64,000 bases of DNA, taken from contig NIVC01000650.1 of assembly GCA_002269645.1 (NCBI GenBank), positions 186,001-250,000 of the forward strand. Direction: 5' to 3'. This DNA is from Macrostomum lignano (lineage: Eukaryota). Both the position numbers and the translations under genes were made by a program. Shown here piece after piece: positions 22,523 to 33,682 of this stretch (positions are counted from its first letter, which is position 1; each line of letters starts with the position of its first letter). The notes beneath the pieces were generated by a model. That model worked only from the letters and a program-made list of their open reading frames with translations, did not search any database and was not told the DNA's origin.

Positions 22523-23689
22523 TCATAATTCGCACACTCTGTCGGAGCCAGCAATTGGAGTCGTCGCAGCATCATAGGCATTTGGCATGTTACATGTAGC
22601 TGCTCTAGAAGATCCAGACTGCCAGTGCTTGAAATTCTCACCATCGCAGCAGCGACAGCAGCGTCCAGCTCGGGTCAGCATGGCTCGATAGTGACGTCGA
22701 AACTTCGTCGCAACTAGATAGGGCAGCCAATTCAGTGCGGGATTCAGATACATCACATGATTGAGCAGGACAGCTAGCCGGTGAGTAACCCGAGTACAGT
22801 CCACCGCGCCCAGGTGGTGCAGCAGCTTTAGAACGCAGTACGGCGCTTCACAGGCAATGAAGATCAGGCTGGTAAAGGCGAAGATCCGCGTCTGCGCGGA
22901 GGCTGCGGTAGCTGCCAGATGGCTGACGTTGCTGCTAACGCCAGGGCAAGACGTTAAGGAGCCGTTGAAATTCTGCTGGCTGCGTCTCAGACTGACCAGG
23001 ATAACGGCCAGGGACGTCAGGAGAGCCACGAACACCAGCAGGCGAGAGGCGAATACTGTGTACAGCCGGTACACTACTTCAATCCAGTCGTTTTGCCGGA
23101 ACAGACAGCGCGACTGTTGTCTGCTCCAGAAGGCGCTGGCCACCCGGACGCAGGGCAGGAGGCTGAGCAGTAGCAGCAGCGCCTGCCAGGCGACAATGTT
23201 CCGCCGACGCAGCAGACTGCGCTGCCGCATGGGCGCCAGAGTGACGACAAGCGAGTGCAGACAGAAGCCCAGGCGTAAGAAGGGGCTGCCGTGCAGCAGC
23301 CACAGGGTGGCCAGGTAGTAGGCCACGCACACCGGGAAGTTGGACTCGGTTCGGAAGATCGGCACGCCCAGAGTCAGTCCGAGGACGCTGGGCGCCAGGT
23401 AGTGCGTGACCGACTTTCCTCCTACCAGCAGGAGGTCCACGCAGCAGGTGGTGAGCATGCAGAGCCGCACGGAGAACGGGAAGCACTTCGGGTGCCGCAG
23501 CAGCACCAGCAGGCAGCTGGCGTTGCCCCAGACTCCCAGCGACATCAGCAGCGGGAAGAGCCACGAGAAGACGTGGACATGAAACTGACGATAGTCGAGC
23601 TGCCAGCTCGGTTTTTGCGTTGATGAGTTCCGAGAGACGTTGAAGCTCGGCAAATCGTCATCGAACCATTCGGGTTCGAGTTTCGACAT
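22523..23689 (-). CDS. Intronless divergent class A GPCR, 388 aa, resembling FMRFamide/myosuppressin/sex-peptide-receptor-like peptide receptors
   Basis: N-glycosylation sites NVS and NSS; seven hydrophobic segments; TM1 GN, TM2 D, Cys at top of TM3 and in ECL2, TM6 CEAP, TM7 NPALNWLPY, helix-8 FR. The DRY position reads HSL. Confidence 0.88.
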   Translation of the reverse strand: MSKLEPEWFDDDLPSFNVSRNSSTQKPSWQLDYRQFHVHVFSWLFPLLMSLGVWGNASCLLVLLRHPKCFPFSVRLCMLTTCCVDLLLVGGKSVTHYLAPSVLGLTLGVPIFRTESNFPVCVAYYLATLWLLHGSPFLRLGFCLHSLVVTLAPMRQRSLLRRRNIVAWQALLLLLSLLPCVRVASAFWSRQQSRCLFRQNDWIEVVYRLYTVFASRLLVFVALLTSLAVILVSLRRSQQNFNGSLTSCPGVSSNVSHLAATAASAQTRIFAFTSLIFIACEAPYCVLKLLHHLGAVDCTRVTHRLAVLLNHVMYLNPALNWLPYLVATKFRRHYRAMLTRAGRCCRCCDGENFKHWQSGSSRAATCNMPNAYDAATTPIAGSDRVCEL

Positions 23690-25088
23690 GCTTGTCTACA
23701 GAATTTTGCAGTGAGTTTTGTTTTTAAACTAAAGTTTCAGCTAAATTTTATTGTACTCGTAGAGAGTTTGCATTTATACCGATGTCAGTAGGTACGAGCG
23801 TAAGTCCTGATTGGTCCGTTTGATGAATGGGTGCATCGTAAATTTGATCCTTCAGCCTATTAGTCCTGTGTTATCTCAGATAAAATCTCGTGATATAGCT
23901 GTCCCTTGATTAAATTAGGTATAGGCAATCAGAAAGTGTATTCAAAACATTTGATGCGATAAAATTGTCAACTGAAGTGATACGAAATATCAGCATAAAA
24001 CCCGTCCATAATATTCTGGTATGTCGGCCGAACTTCGCTGCAATTTAGCGACGCGACGACGTCGGTAGACGCCTTAAACGTCGGCTTGGGTCGCTGACGT
24101 CGGATTTTTGAATAAGAAAGAATTACAGTGTACGAAAAGGATGCTTTGGCGCTACTAAATCAGGAATCGCATGCATTCGAGAGCATATGCAGTTAATAAA
24201 AAACAGCATATATGTACCGGCAATGAAGGCACTTCCAATGCTAACCCCGATTAATTCTGGCACAGGCTAAAATATGCTTTAAAATCTGTTTAATCCGTAA
24301 CTACTGCCTTTAGATAAGTGAATTATAATCATACAGAACGAGAATGAATGCTTTCTTTCTCTCCATCTATCGTCTCTATCAGTCGAACAGTAACTCAATT
24401 TGATTGCGTACTTATTACGAGCGTACTGCATGCAAATGACGAACTTTCTGAAATGAATTTCACCTAGAAATTTAATTCTACTTTTACTTTTGGGATTAGA
24501 TAGATCTCAAATCTCTCTCTAGGTGATATAACACGCCTTAAATAAAGTAAATTGCCGCACAGGTTTCATCACTCCCTCTTTGAATACAACTGAAAATGGA
24601 CTCGATATTACACAAGAGTTAAATAATCAGCATGCCACCAATACTTTCCACTCCCTTTGAGTGCAACCTAGAAAAAAGTTGCTAGGAAAAATTATACCAA
24701 TGGCTCGTTACCAAAGGCTGATTGAGTTTATTTAGTAGCTCGTAAAAGATACATAAAATCCCTCACAAATCTTTGGGGCTGGCAGATTACAGGTTTTACA
24801 AGCGACGCTAAACTGCGCATGTAACGCGGGGCTCATTACAATTCATAGTTAGCTATTTCAGCACAGTGAGCTGTGAAGTCACAAAATTTAGTCAGCACTT
24901 GAAATGCAAATGTCTGGCTGGAGACGTGGACTCACGTGACACATCTTGCATACGAGCTAAAAAGGGAGAGCGCACATACAGCTACACAATATAAACTCCA
25001 GCAACCATAGCTACAGCTGCTAACTTTATCTTAACTGACTGCTGATAAAAGACTGACAAGGAGAACTCCTGACACAACAATAATAAGC

Positions 25089-26951
25089 ATGGTTGGCGCA
25101 TCACTTGCTTCTAGTGATAAGCAGAAAACTGACTGGAAAATCTGGACTTCGTTCAAAAGCAACCCAAACATTATGCAGCTGAAACGGCACTGGCGAGTCC
25201 TGCCGCTGCTGCTGGCGCCGGTGCTGCTGTCGCCACTGCTGACGATGGGCTCCGAGAAGGCCCGCTGCGCCTACCTACTGCTGCTGATGGCCACCTACTG
25301 GGTGCTTGAGCTGCTGCCGCTGAGCCTCACCGCCGTGCTGCCCTTCTTCCTCGGTCCGCTGCTGCGCATCGGCACCTGTCATGAGCTCGCCAAGTCCTAC
25401 TTCACCGACATCCACTTCCTCATGATTGGCGGCGTCATGCTGTCCGTGGCCATGGAGGACACAGGACTCAGCCGTCGGTTCGCCCTTCGAACTGTGGCGC
25501 TGCTGGGAACGCGGCCGCGCTGGCTGCTGCTCGGCTTCATGCTGCCCTCCTGGCTCATGTCCATGTGGATGAGCAACACCGGCACCACCATCCTCATGTT
25601 CCCCTTCGTGATGGCGGCAATCGCCGAGACAGAGAAGGCTACCGAGCAGCTGCAGGACGCCCCTGATCGAGAGTCGCTCGCGCTCGACCAGCGAGAAAAG
25701 CACCCTACAGCGACTGACTGCGAAGGCGCCGCTGCAGAGCCTCCGCGGCCGTGCGAGGACGGCCTGGACTCCAACACTGTCGGCAAGACGCGTCACAAAA
25801 CACACACTCGAAGCCACGCAGTCTGCTACTGTCTCTCCGTGGCCTACGCCTGCAACGTAGGCGGAGTGGCCACTCTGATCGGCACCGGAACCAACCTCGT
25901 GCTCGTTGGACAACTCCAGCAGATCTACCGCGTCTCCAATGTGGTCACCTTCTCCAACTGGATGGCCTTCAGCTTGCCGTTGTCGCTGTTCAGCCTGTTG
26001 CTCATCTGGTTGCTGCTCCAGCTTGTTTTTGTTGGTCCGCGTGACACCTTTAACTGGCGCTCGCAGTCGGCCGAACAGAAGCGACAGGAGGCTCGGGTGA
26101 AGCTCTACTTCCACCAGCAGCTGGAGGCTCTCGGGTCAGTTTCGTTCGCCGAGTGGGCCACCATGGCCGCTTTTCCTTGCGTGCTGCTGCTCCTGCTGAC
26201 AGGCAAGCTGACCTCCAGCTTCGGCTGGCACTACCTGTTCGGCTCCGTCAACGACAAGCCGGTCGTGTCCGACGCCACCGGAATGCTGCTGGTCGCTTTG
26301 CTGCTCACTCTGATCCCCAACCCCGACCTGACCGAGGAGCACGGACCGACCAACAGTCTGGGATATCGAGCCGTCGCTCGGTGGGATCGAGTCCTGCTCA
26401 AGATCCCGCTCGACATCATGCTGCTCATCGGAGGAGGCCTCGCTCTAGCCAAGCTCACTAAGGACACCAAGCTGTCAGAGACCATCGGGTCCGCCCTAAC
26501 TCCCACACTGCAGGCGCTGCCCACCGAGCTGACGCTGCTGCTGCTCAGCTTCTGCGTCATCTGGCTCACGGAAGTCACCTCCAACATGGCCACCGCCTCC
26601 GTCCTGCTGCCCATAGTAGCCCAGATCGCCGCCTGTCTCGGACACAATCCGCTGCTGTTCATGGTCTCGCTCACCGTCACCTGCTCGTTCGCGTTCTGCC
26701 TACCGACCGCCACACCGCCAAATGCCATCGTGTTCGGCAGCGGCCGGGTCAGCATTCCCAGCATGGCCAAGGCCGGGCTCGTGCTCAATCTGGTTTTCTC
26801 GGTTTTTATTCCTCTGTACGCTTTGTTAGTCGGTCGTTGGGTATACAGCGTGCACGAATTGCCCAAGTGGGCGGAGTCTTCGTCGACTTCCTGCTCCGGC
26901 AGCAATCAAACGTCGAGTAACTACATGAACTCTACAAAGCTGGCTGGTTAG
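25089..26951 (+). CDS. SLC13: SLC13 Na+/dicarboxylate-citrate cotransporter (NaDC/NaCT/Indy-like), copy A, 620 aa
   Basis: Motifs SMWMSNTGT, AYACNVGGVATLIGT, TEVTSNMAT and LPTATPPNAIVF; TATA-like AATATAAA near 24989. Alternative ATG at 25173. Confidence 0.95.
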   Translation: MVGASLASSDKQKTDWKIWTSFKSNPNIMQLKRHWRVLPLLLAPVLLSPLLTMGSEKARCAYLLLLMATYWVLELLPLSLTAVLPFFLGPLLRIGTCHELAKSYFTDIHFLMIGGVMLSVAMEDTGLSRRFALRTVALLGTRPRWLLLGFMLPSWLMSMWMSNTGTTILMFPFVMAAIAETEKATEQLQDAPDRESLALDQREKHPTATDCEGAAAEPPRPCEDGLDSNTVGKTRHKTHTRSHAVCYCLSVAYACNVGGVATLIGTGTNLVLVGQLQQIYRVSNVVTFSNWMAFSLPLSLFSLLLIWLLLQLVFVGPRDTFNWRSQSAEQKRQEARVKLYFHQQLEALGSVSFAEWATMAAFPCVLLLLLTGKLTSSFGWHYLFGSVNDKPVVSDATGMLLVALLLTLIPNPDLTEEHGPTNSLGYRAVARWDRVLLKIPLDIMLLIGGGLALAKLTKDTKLSETIGSALTPTLQALPTELTLLLLSFCVIWLTEVTSNMATASVLLPIVAQIAACLGHNPLLFMVSLTVTCSFAFCLPTATPPNAIVFGSGRVSIPSMAKAGLVLNLVFSVFIPLYALLVGRWVYSVHELPKWAESSSTSCSGSNQTSSNYMNSTKLAG

Positions 26952-27339
26952 TACGCCGTATTATTGAGTTTAGGGCTTCGTAGCTCAAACTTTAAACTCG
27001 AATTTCTTTAATTTGCAGCTTAAAGCGGTTAGATAAATTTCTATTATCTTAAAGTATACTGATTTTGCCAGAGTAGTTTTTTCCGTCTGGCTATTTGTCA
27101 CACAGCTAAGTTGCTTGAAGCAGGTGTGACTTAGAAGTCCTATAAGTAACTTCTATTTATCTTTAGTTTTTACTAAATGAAAAGCAAAACTACAAAAAAG
27201 TACGAATAATATTCCTTTTAAAAAATCATTTGTGCCTGACACAGACTAAAGCATAGACCGCCAGAAATAACTGTTCTATCCAATAGTTTCTCTGCATTAG
27301 TCGGCAATAAAGTAGGATGTATGGGGTACTCAAAATTGA

Positions 27340-27672
27340 GTAATAATAATTTTTTTAATAATTGATTCCACCTGCCCTAATGGGCAGCTTTGTGCAACCG
27401 ACAGCTCAGCCGCAGCTATTGCGCTGCGCATCTGAAGACTGCGTACATAGCTGTTCAGTCCAAGGACTGTTGGGTGTCGCCACACACCCTTAATTATCTT
27501 AGCTAATGCTGGTACCCATTCTTCAGCTGAGTGAACTGAAGCAATGAAAAGTTTTGCAAAGTCAATGCAAAGTGTCTTGTTGAAGGACACAAACTGTTTC
27601 GAGTGGTTCGAGAATCAAACCGGCCTTTGAGTCCTGAGTCCGAAGCTCTTCTAACGACTAAGCCACAACCCC
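27340..27672 (-). mobile_element. tRNA-derived SINE with conserved central domain and (ATT)n tail
   Basis: Minus strand: A-box TGGCTTAGTCG, B-box GGTTTGATTC, then GTGTCCTTCAACAAGACACTT and CACTCAGCTGAAGAATGGGTACC (resembling conserved SINE body domains), ending ATTATTATTAC. Confidence 0.7.
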
Positions 27673-27769
27673 TACTGAGACTGAACATTTAATTACAGGG
27701 TTCTTAATGGCCTACATGTACATGTACATGCATGGGATGTCTTGGCGTGCGAATCTTCAAAGTCTCAGG

Positions 27770-28766
27770 TGTCAGGGATAAACTCCCAAGACCGGTGCCG
27801 GCGTAGAGCAATAGGACACGAGTAGACGAGGCGACAACACAAGGAATGACTGGCTGTCAATTAGCAGAGGCAGGGGCTCTCTTTCACAGGGACCTAAATC
27901 CGTGGTGTATTGCGTATCAGAACTACACTGCGAGATACGCATCGTTCAGTCTTTCGAGCTTATCAAAACCGTAGTCGATCGATAATGCAACACAAAAACA
28001 TTTTGTTTAAATGAGCTAGGCGGATGAAGATACATTTATGCGCTAGCCTATTTTTGTATCCTCAGAAAATACCATCGTTTAAAATATAGTTTAGTTGTCT
28101 TTTTTCCTTCATCCCTTTTGTCGTCACGAGGCGTAAGACCTTTATAGCCGTTGTAGTATCGTGACTCGCACATTCTCCTCCGTCGTGCTATACGAGCGTA
28201 TTTGTTGCCGCTAGCTAGTTCCCGGCCGCAAAGTACGAACGTCTTTCTCTTGGCTTGATACTTTCGGGCTTTTGTTGTGTTCTGCTGGTTGATATTGTGC
28301 GTTGGCATTGCTTGTCCTTTCGCATGCCCTACGATGTCGACCTGTGTTCGTCTCGTTGATAATTTGCTACGTGTTGCATTTGATTGTTTTTGTACTTTTC
28401 TGTTTCTCTCCCAGGTGTATTTTGTTATTGATTGTTGACTTCTTTCCGGAAGGTCTTATCGGAATTTCTCACAGAGAAAGACTATCTGTTTGCTCGCCTT
28501 TCTGTGCATTATCTTCTGTTTGAGAGCCAGTCTGACTTTGCTAAGACATATCTTGCCGCAGCCTTCACAGTCACACTAATATCTTAGTCTATTCTCGTCG
28601 TCTCTTGGAGTTAACCATCTTGTCTCTCCTTTCATTTGTGAGTTGTATTTGTTGTAGTTGTTATTTGTTGCTGCGGTCGTCCTCATCGTTGTCGTCGTTG
28701 TTGTTGCTCGTCCACTGTATCTACTTGTAGCTGAACACTAAACTGATCTCACTACTTGCCGTGTCA
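27770..28766 (-). mobile_element. Candidate solo LTR, about 1 kb, between the SLC13 copies
   Basis: Minus strand TGACACGG...CCCTGACA (one change from TGTCA...TGACA) with internal CTATAAAG; no matching TSD. Confidence 0.35.
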
Positions 28767-29229
28767 TGGACGTTTTCACGTTGCAAGGATGCCGTCAAAC
28801 AACAATGACATTTTCGGTCCTATGAAAATCGACTGCCGCAATTTAACTGCCGGCTACATTTGACCTCTGGAATTTTGCTGCTAATTTAGCCCTAGCCCCA
28901 AACCTTTTCAACATTAAACCGAACTGAACTATAACTCTAATCTGAACCCTAATTCCAAACTTTAACCAATGAACACAAGTTTCTGTATCTTCTAAAGAAA
29001 AGTTATTTTAGAGCCGCAGAATTCTATACTGTAGCTATAGTATATGAAACAATAACAAATACTGACAAGGTACATAGGTAAAGGCATGATGCTCTATATA
29101 TCTGTTTAAGTGCATAATTAAAGATGATGGCGTGTATAAATCAGTGCAAACTCGTATCTTGCTGAAACATTGGAACAGTAAAGATATCTACTTGCTATGC
29201 AGCAACCAACAATAATAAAAGATTAAAGA

Positions 29230-31002
29230 TTATCCCGAAAACGTCTCGTTGGCACACAAGCTCGACGAGGTCTCAGCCCACTCAGGGAGTTCGTGTACGT
29301 TGTACACCCAACGACCCACTAGCATCGTGTAGAACGGCACAATAGTTGAGAAAACCAGATTGAGCACGAGCCCGGCCTTGGCCATGCTGGGAATGCTGAC
29401 CCGGCCGCTGCCGAACACGATGGCATTTGGCGGTGTGGCGGTCGGTAGGCAGAACGCGAACGAGCAGGTGACGGTGAGCGAGACCATGAACAGCAGCGGA
29501 TTGTGTCCGAGACAGGCGGCGATCTGGGCTACTATGGGCAGCAGGACGGAGGCGGTGGCCATGTTGGAGGTGACTTCCGTGAGCCAGATGACGCAGAAGC
29601 TGAGCAGCAGCAGCGTCAGCTCGGTGGGCAGCGCCTGCAGTGTGGGAGTTAGGGCGGACCCGATGGTCTCTGACAGCTTGGTGTCCTTAGTGAGCTTGGC
29701 TAGAGCGAGGCCTCCTCCGATGAGCAGCATGATGTCGAGCGGGATCTTGAGCAGGACTCGATCCCACCGAGCGACGGCTCGATATCCCAGACTGTTGGTC
29801 GGTCCGTGCTCCTCGGTCAGGTCGGGGTTGGGGATCAGAGTGAGCAGCAAAGCGACCAGCAGCATTCCGGTGGCGTCGGACACGACCGGCTTGTCGTTGA
29901 CGGAGCCGAACAGGTAGTGCCAGCCGAAGCTGGAGGTCAGCTTGCCTGTCAGCAGGAGCAGCAGCACGCAAGGAAAAGCGGCCATGGTGGCCCACTCGGC
30001 GAACGAAACTGACCCGAGAGCCTCCAGCTGCTGGTGGAAGTAGAGCTTCACCCGAGCCTCCTGTCGCTTCTGTTCGGCCGACTGCGAGCGCCAGTTAAAG
30101 GTGTCACGCGGACCAACAAAAACAAGCTGGAGCAGCAACCAGATGAGCAACAGGCTGAACAGCGACAACGGCAAGCTGAAGGCCATCCAGTTGGAGAAGG
30201 TGACCACATTGGAGACGCGGTAGATCTGCTGGAGTTGTCCAACGAGCACGAGGTTGGTTCCGGTGCCGATCAGAGTGGCCACTCCGCCTACGTTGCAGGC
30301 GTAGGCCACGGAGAGACAGTAGCAGACTGCGTGGCTTCGAGTGTGTGTTTTGTGACGCGTCTTGCCGACAGTGTTGGAGTCCAGGCCGTCCTCGCACGGC
30401 CGCGGAGGCTCTGCAGCGGCGCCTTCGCAGTCAGTCGCTGTAGGGTGCTTTTCTCGCTGGTCGAGCGCGAGCGACTCTCGATCAGGGGCGTCCTGCAGCT
30501 GCTCGGTAGCCTTCTCTGTCTCGGCGATTGCCGCCATCACGAAGGGGAACATGAGGATGGTGGTGCCGGTGTTGCTCATCCACATGGACATGAGCCAGGA
30601 GGGCAGCATGAAGCCGAGCAGCAGCCAGCGCGGCCGCGTTCCCAGCAGCGCCACAGTTCGAAGGGCGAACCGACGGCTGAGTCCTGTGTCCTCCATGGCC
30701 ACGGACAGCATGACGCCGCCAATCATGAGGAAGTGGATGTCGGTGAAGTAGGACTTGGCGAGCTCATGACAGGTGCCGATGCGCAGCAGCGGACCGAGGA
30801 AGAAGGGCAGCACGGCGGTGAGGCTCAGCGGCAGCAGCTCAAGCACCCAGTAGGTGGCCATCAGCAGCAGTAGGTAGGCGCAGCGGGCCTTCTCGGAGCC
30901 TATCGTCAGCAGTGGCGACAGCAGCACCGGCGCCAGCAGCAGCGGCAGGACTCGCCAGTGCCGTTTGATGGGCTCAGGCAGTTTTCTGCATGCAAAAGCC
31001 AT
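29230..31002 (-). CDS. SLC13: SLC13 cotransporter, copy B, about 590 aa; the true start may be ATG 31082 with intron 31047-30986
   Basis: Same motifs as copy A; the core is essentially identical to copy A in inverted orientation, with its own N- and C-termini. Confidence 0.95.
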   Translation of the reverse strand: MAFACRKLPEPIKRHWRVLPLLLAPVLLSPLLTIGSEKARCAYLLLLMATYWVLELLPLSLTAVLPFFLGPLLRIGTCHELAKSYFTDIHFLMIGGVMLSVAMEDTGLSRRFALRTVALLGTRPRWLLLGFMLPSWLMSMWMSNTGTTILMFPFVMAAIAETEKATEQLQDAPDRESLALDQREKHPTATDCEGAAAEPPRPCEDGLDSNTVGKTRHKTHTRSHAVCYCLSVAYACNVGGVATLIGTGTNLVLVGQLQQIYRVSNVVTFSNWMAFSLPLSLFSLLLIWLLLQLVFVGPRDTFNWRSQSAEQKRQEARVKLYFHQQLEALGSVSFAEWATMAAFPCVLLLLLTGKLTSSFGWHYLFGSVNDKPVVSDATGMLLVALLLTLIPNPDLTEEHGPTNSLGYRAVARWDRVLLKIPLDIMLLIGGGLALAKLTKDTKLSETIGSALTPTLQALPTELTLLLLSFCVIWLTEVTSNMATASVLLPIVAQIAACLGHNPLLFMVSLTVTCSFAFCLPTATPPNAIVFGSGRVSIPSMAKAGLVLNLVFSTIVPFYTMLVGRWVYNVHELPEWAETSSSLCANETFSG

Positions 31003-32200
31003 TGCAGTTACTTTTTGCTAGTAAGTTGTTTACGGCTTTAGACTTACATGTAGTTCTGTTTTTTTGACTGTCTTTGAATCATGCTTTTACAAATGCAAGG
31101 GCTCGATCCATGCATTTTTTAGGAAATCCCTTATCAGAGTTGTACTGTTTGACTGTCAGACATTTTTTGACTGCATTCATTATCATTTTGTTGGTGTGGC
31201 TTAATTGCATGTATCTACGAGCACACTGTACGCAAGGCGGTGAGGAACTCAATACTTGGCTCTATTTTTTACGCGTATCTGTTGTGTGTGTTGCACTCTA
31301 GTAGCCTGCTTATATGTAGGAGTGCAGTCGGGCTTTTTAGCAGAACTGTGTTTATCTGCCTACAGGCTGCAGGTACGTACATGCAGATAAATAAAGAGCT
31401 TGTAAAAAATGACCGAAATCTGTCATTCAATCTGGGTGCCATTCTGATTTTTAGAATCTATAAAAAGCTCGTATATTGAACTAATGTATACGTACATGTA
31501 ATAACTCGTTGGTGTGGTTCTAATTAATACATAATACCAACATGACTGTACTACATTTATAATACTTTTGCAACGTGCGAGTATATTAATACGAGTAGCT
31601 AGATCTTCATGTATGAGCGTGCATATATATGTATCTGTTGGCACCAACCGTAGCTTTAACTAGATCATGATCGAATTTCGATCACTACTGCAGCATTGGC
31701 GTCGTCTTTCTATCATGTTCTTAGCTACGTTTTTAATTATCACGAGGAATAAGTTAGAGAAATTTCTGTCATTTCTGACTCCCTATCCGCTGCCGACAAG
31801 TTGTGAAAATCGATACCTTTATTCCTTTATCTGATAAGCCATTTCTTAGAATATTTATTGATCGACCTATTAGAGTTCTGCTGAATATCCCGAACCGCCC
31901 ATGTAATGTTTGCGCACGCCCATGGATAGCTTTTGTTCCAAGTTCAACTAATATATTTCTGAAAGCACATTGCAGAAACGACAGCTTAATTGTTGTTAGA
32001 AACAACTGCGTCAGTGAGTCTTACTGCGAGAATTTGACGCTAGGTTCAAGGAATGTAGCTGCGTGGATGTGAACTTAAGCAGCACATTCAGTTCTGAAAA
32101 TGGATGAACAGTGATGAACAGGATGAACGGATGAACAGGATGAACAGCTCTTCTGATGAAAAGCAAAATTAAGAACGTGAGCGCTATCATTTTTTTCTAT

Positions 32201-32237
32201 GCGACATGTTTCGCCTCGCGACAGGCATCGTCAGGCT
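32201..32237 (-). ncRNA. Minimal hammerhead-ribozyme-like motif of the Penelope-associated type, probably degenerate
   Basis: Minus strand GC-CTGACGA-T-GCC-TGTCGCGA-GGC-GAAA-CATG-TC-GC: core boxes, 3-bp stem II, palindromic CATG stem III, GUC triplet; stem I only 2 bp. Confidence 0.55.
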
Positions 32238-33682
32238 CTTAAAAATTTAGTTACGATTTATTTGTTTATTTATTTATATTTACCAATTTAGACAAAAACG
32301 CGTTGATAAAAGTCAGAAAATGTATATAAATTAACAGTAGATTGCACAGTCCGATAATAAACAGAAATTTTTCTCCGGGTATACGTATAGCATATTCTAT
32401 GCAAGATTTTTTTAATTTGTAACCGAAACCCAACCTATAACCGAAACTTCCAGTTTTTCTATGAAATACTAATAAACGAAGCTTCCGCTCAAAGAAACGC
32501 CCAGTTTCCGTAAAACGTGTTGGGAGCGATTAGGCTAATCGAAAACAGTTTACCGCTTTCACAATCGCATTTGAGCCTAATGTGCACCAAGCTTTATTTG
32601 ATAAAATAATCAATTTGCATCAAAATTAGGATTGTCGGTAAGAAACAGCAGCGGGTAGCGAAAGCATCTAAATGATTCAAAGTTTTTGTTTTAACCAGAT
32701 TAAGTTCTTAGAAATACAGCGGTGCGTGATTTAATTTCAATGTCTTTTCATTTCCATTTCGATCCAATTCCAATTCCATGTGTTATTTTCTTTCTCGCTG
32801 AATTAGGACTCCCTGACACTGACCTCACACCAGGAGCTTATTTTAATTTTTCTAATTCCAGGCGTAGCCGAAGTAGAATAGAATTTTGTGAATACTATTC
32901 ATCACAGGTTCACGTTCACAGGACCAATACAATACCATACCAATAGGGCATAGGCTTACTAAAAAATCAGAAGCTTTTGAAATTTTCTGTCTAGATTTGT
33001 GAGGCCTGTTTTGATTGCCACTTACTGTTTTATTTAAAAAAAGTGTATGTGTATATAACATAGCTATTTCATATTTTTACAATCAATTTTCTGCTAAAAG
33101 ATAGACCTAGCGCCCTAGCCTAAGGCCTAAGCCCTAGGCCTAAGCTAAGGTCTAATATTAGATATATTAGGCCTAGCAAAATGGCATTTAGGGGCCTGCT
33201 ATTGATGATTTATGGCCTTGTCATTTGGCTCACTTATTTAAAATAAATACTTTTTTACTTTGGAATAAAGATTTTAAGAAGTTGACTTAAATCTTAGAGA
33301 AATGATAAAGTCCATTTTGGCAAGTTTAATATTCTTGATTTGAAGTTGAAATCCATAGCCTAGGGGCCTAGTCTAGACTCTAGATCATGCTGAGTGCATG
33401 TCAGAATGCCTCTAACCAGATTTACTAATGCATTCCAATGCCAAGCAGATGCATACCACTATCAAGGGGACAGGGTCCAATAGGCCTATAGGCCTATACT
33501 AGTTTTTTAGGCAAAATTTTAGGTGTACTCCAAGACATATGACTATCATGTAGATGTATATTGTATATCAAAATTTCAAGATTATCTTAATTATATGAAC
33601 TTACTTTTTCATTAGGACAATAATTAAAGACCTTTTTGCATTGCTAAATTTGATATTTATATGTATATTATAATATAATAAG

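Noticed and set aside
25275-30873. Duplicated 279-, 129-, 102- and 97-aa ORFs overlapping SLC13
   Set aside because: Shadow ORFs; used only as evidence of nucleotide identity between the copies.
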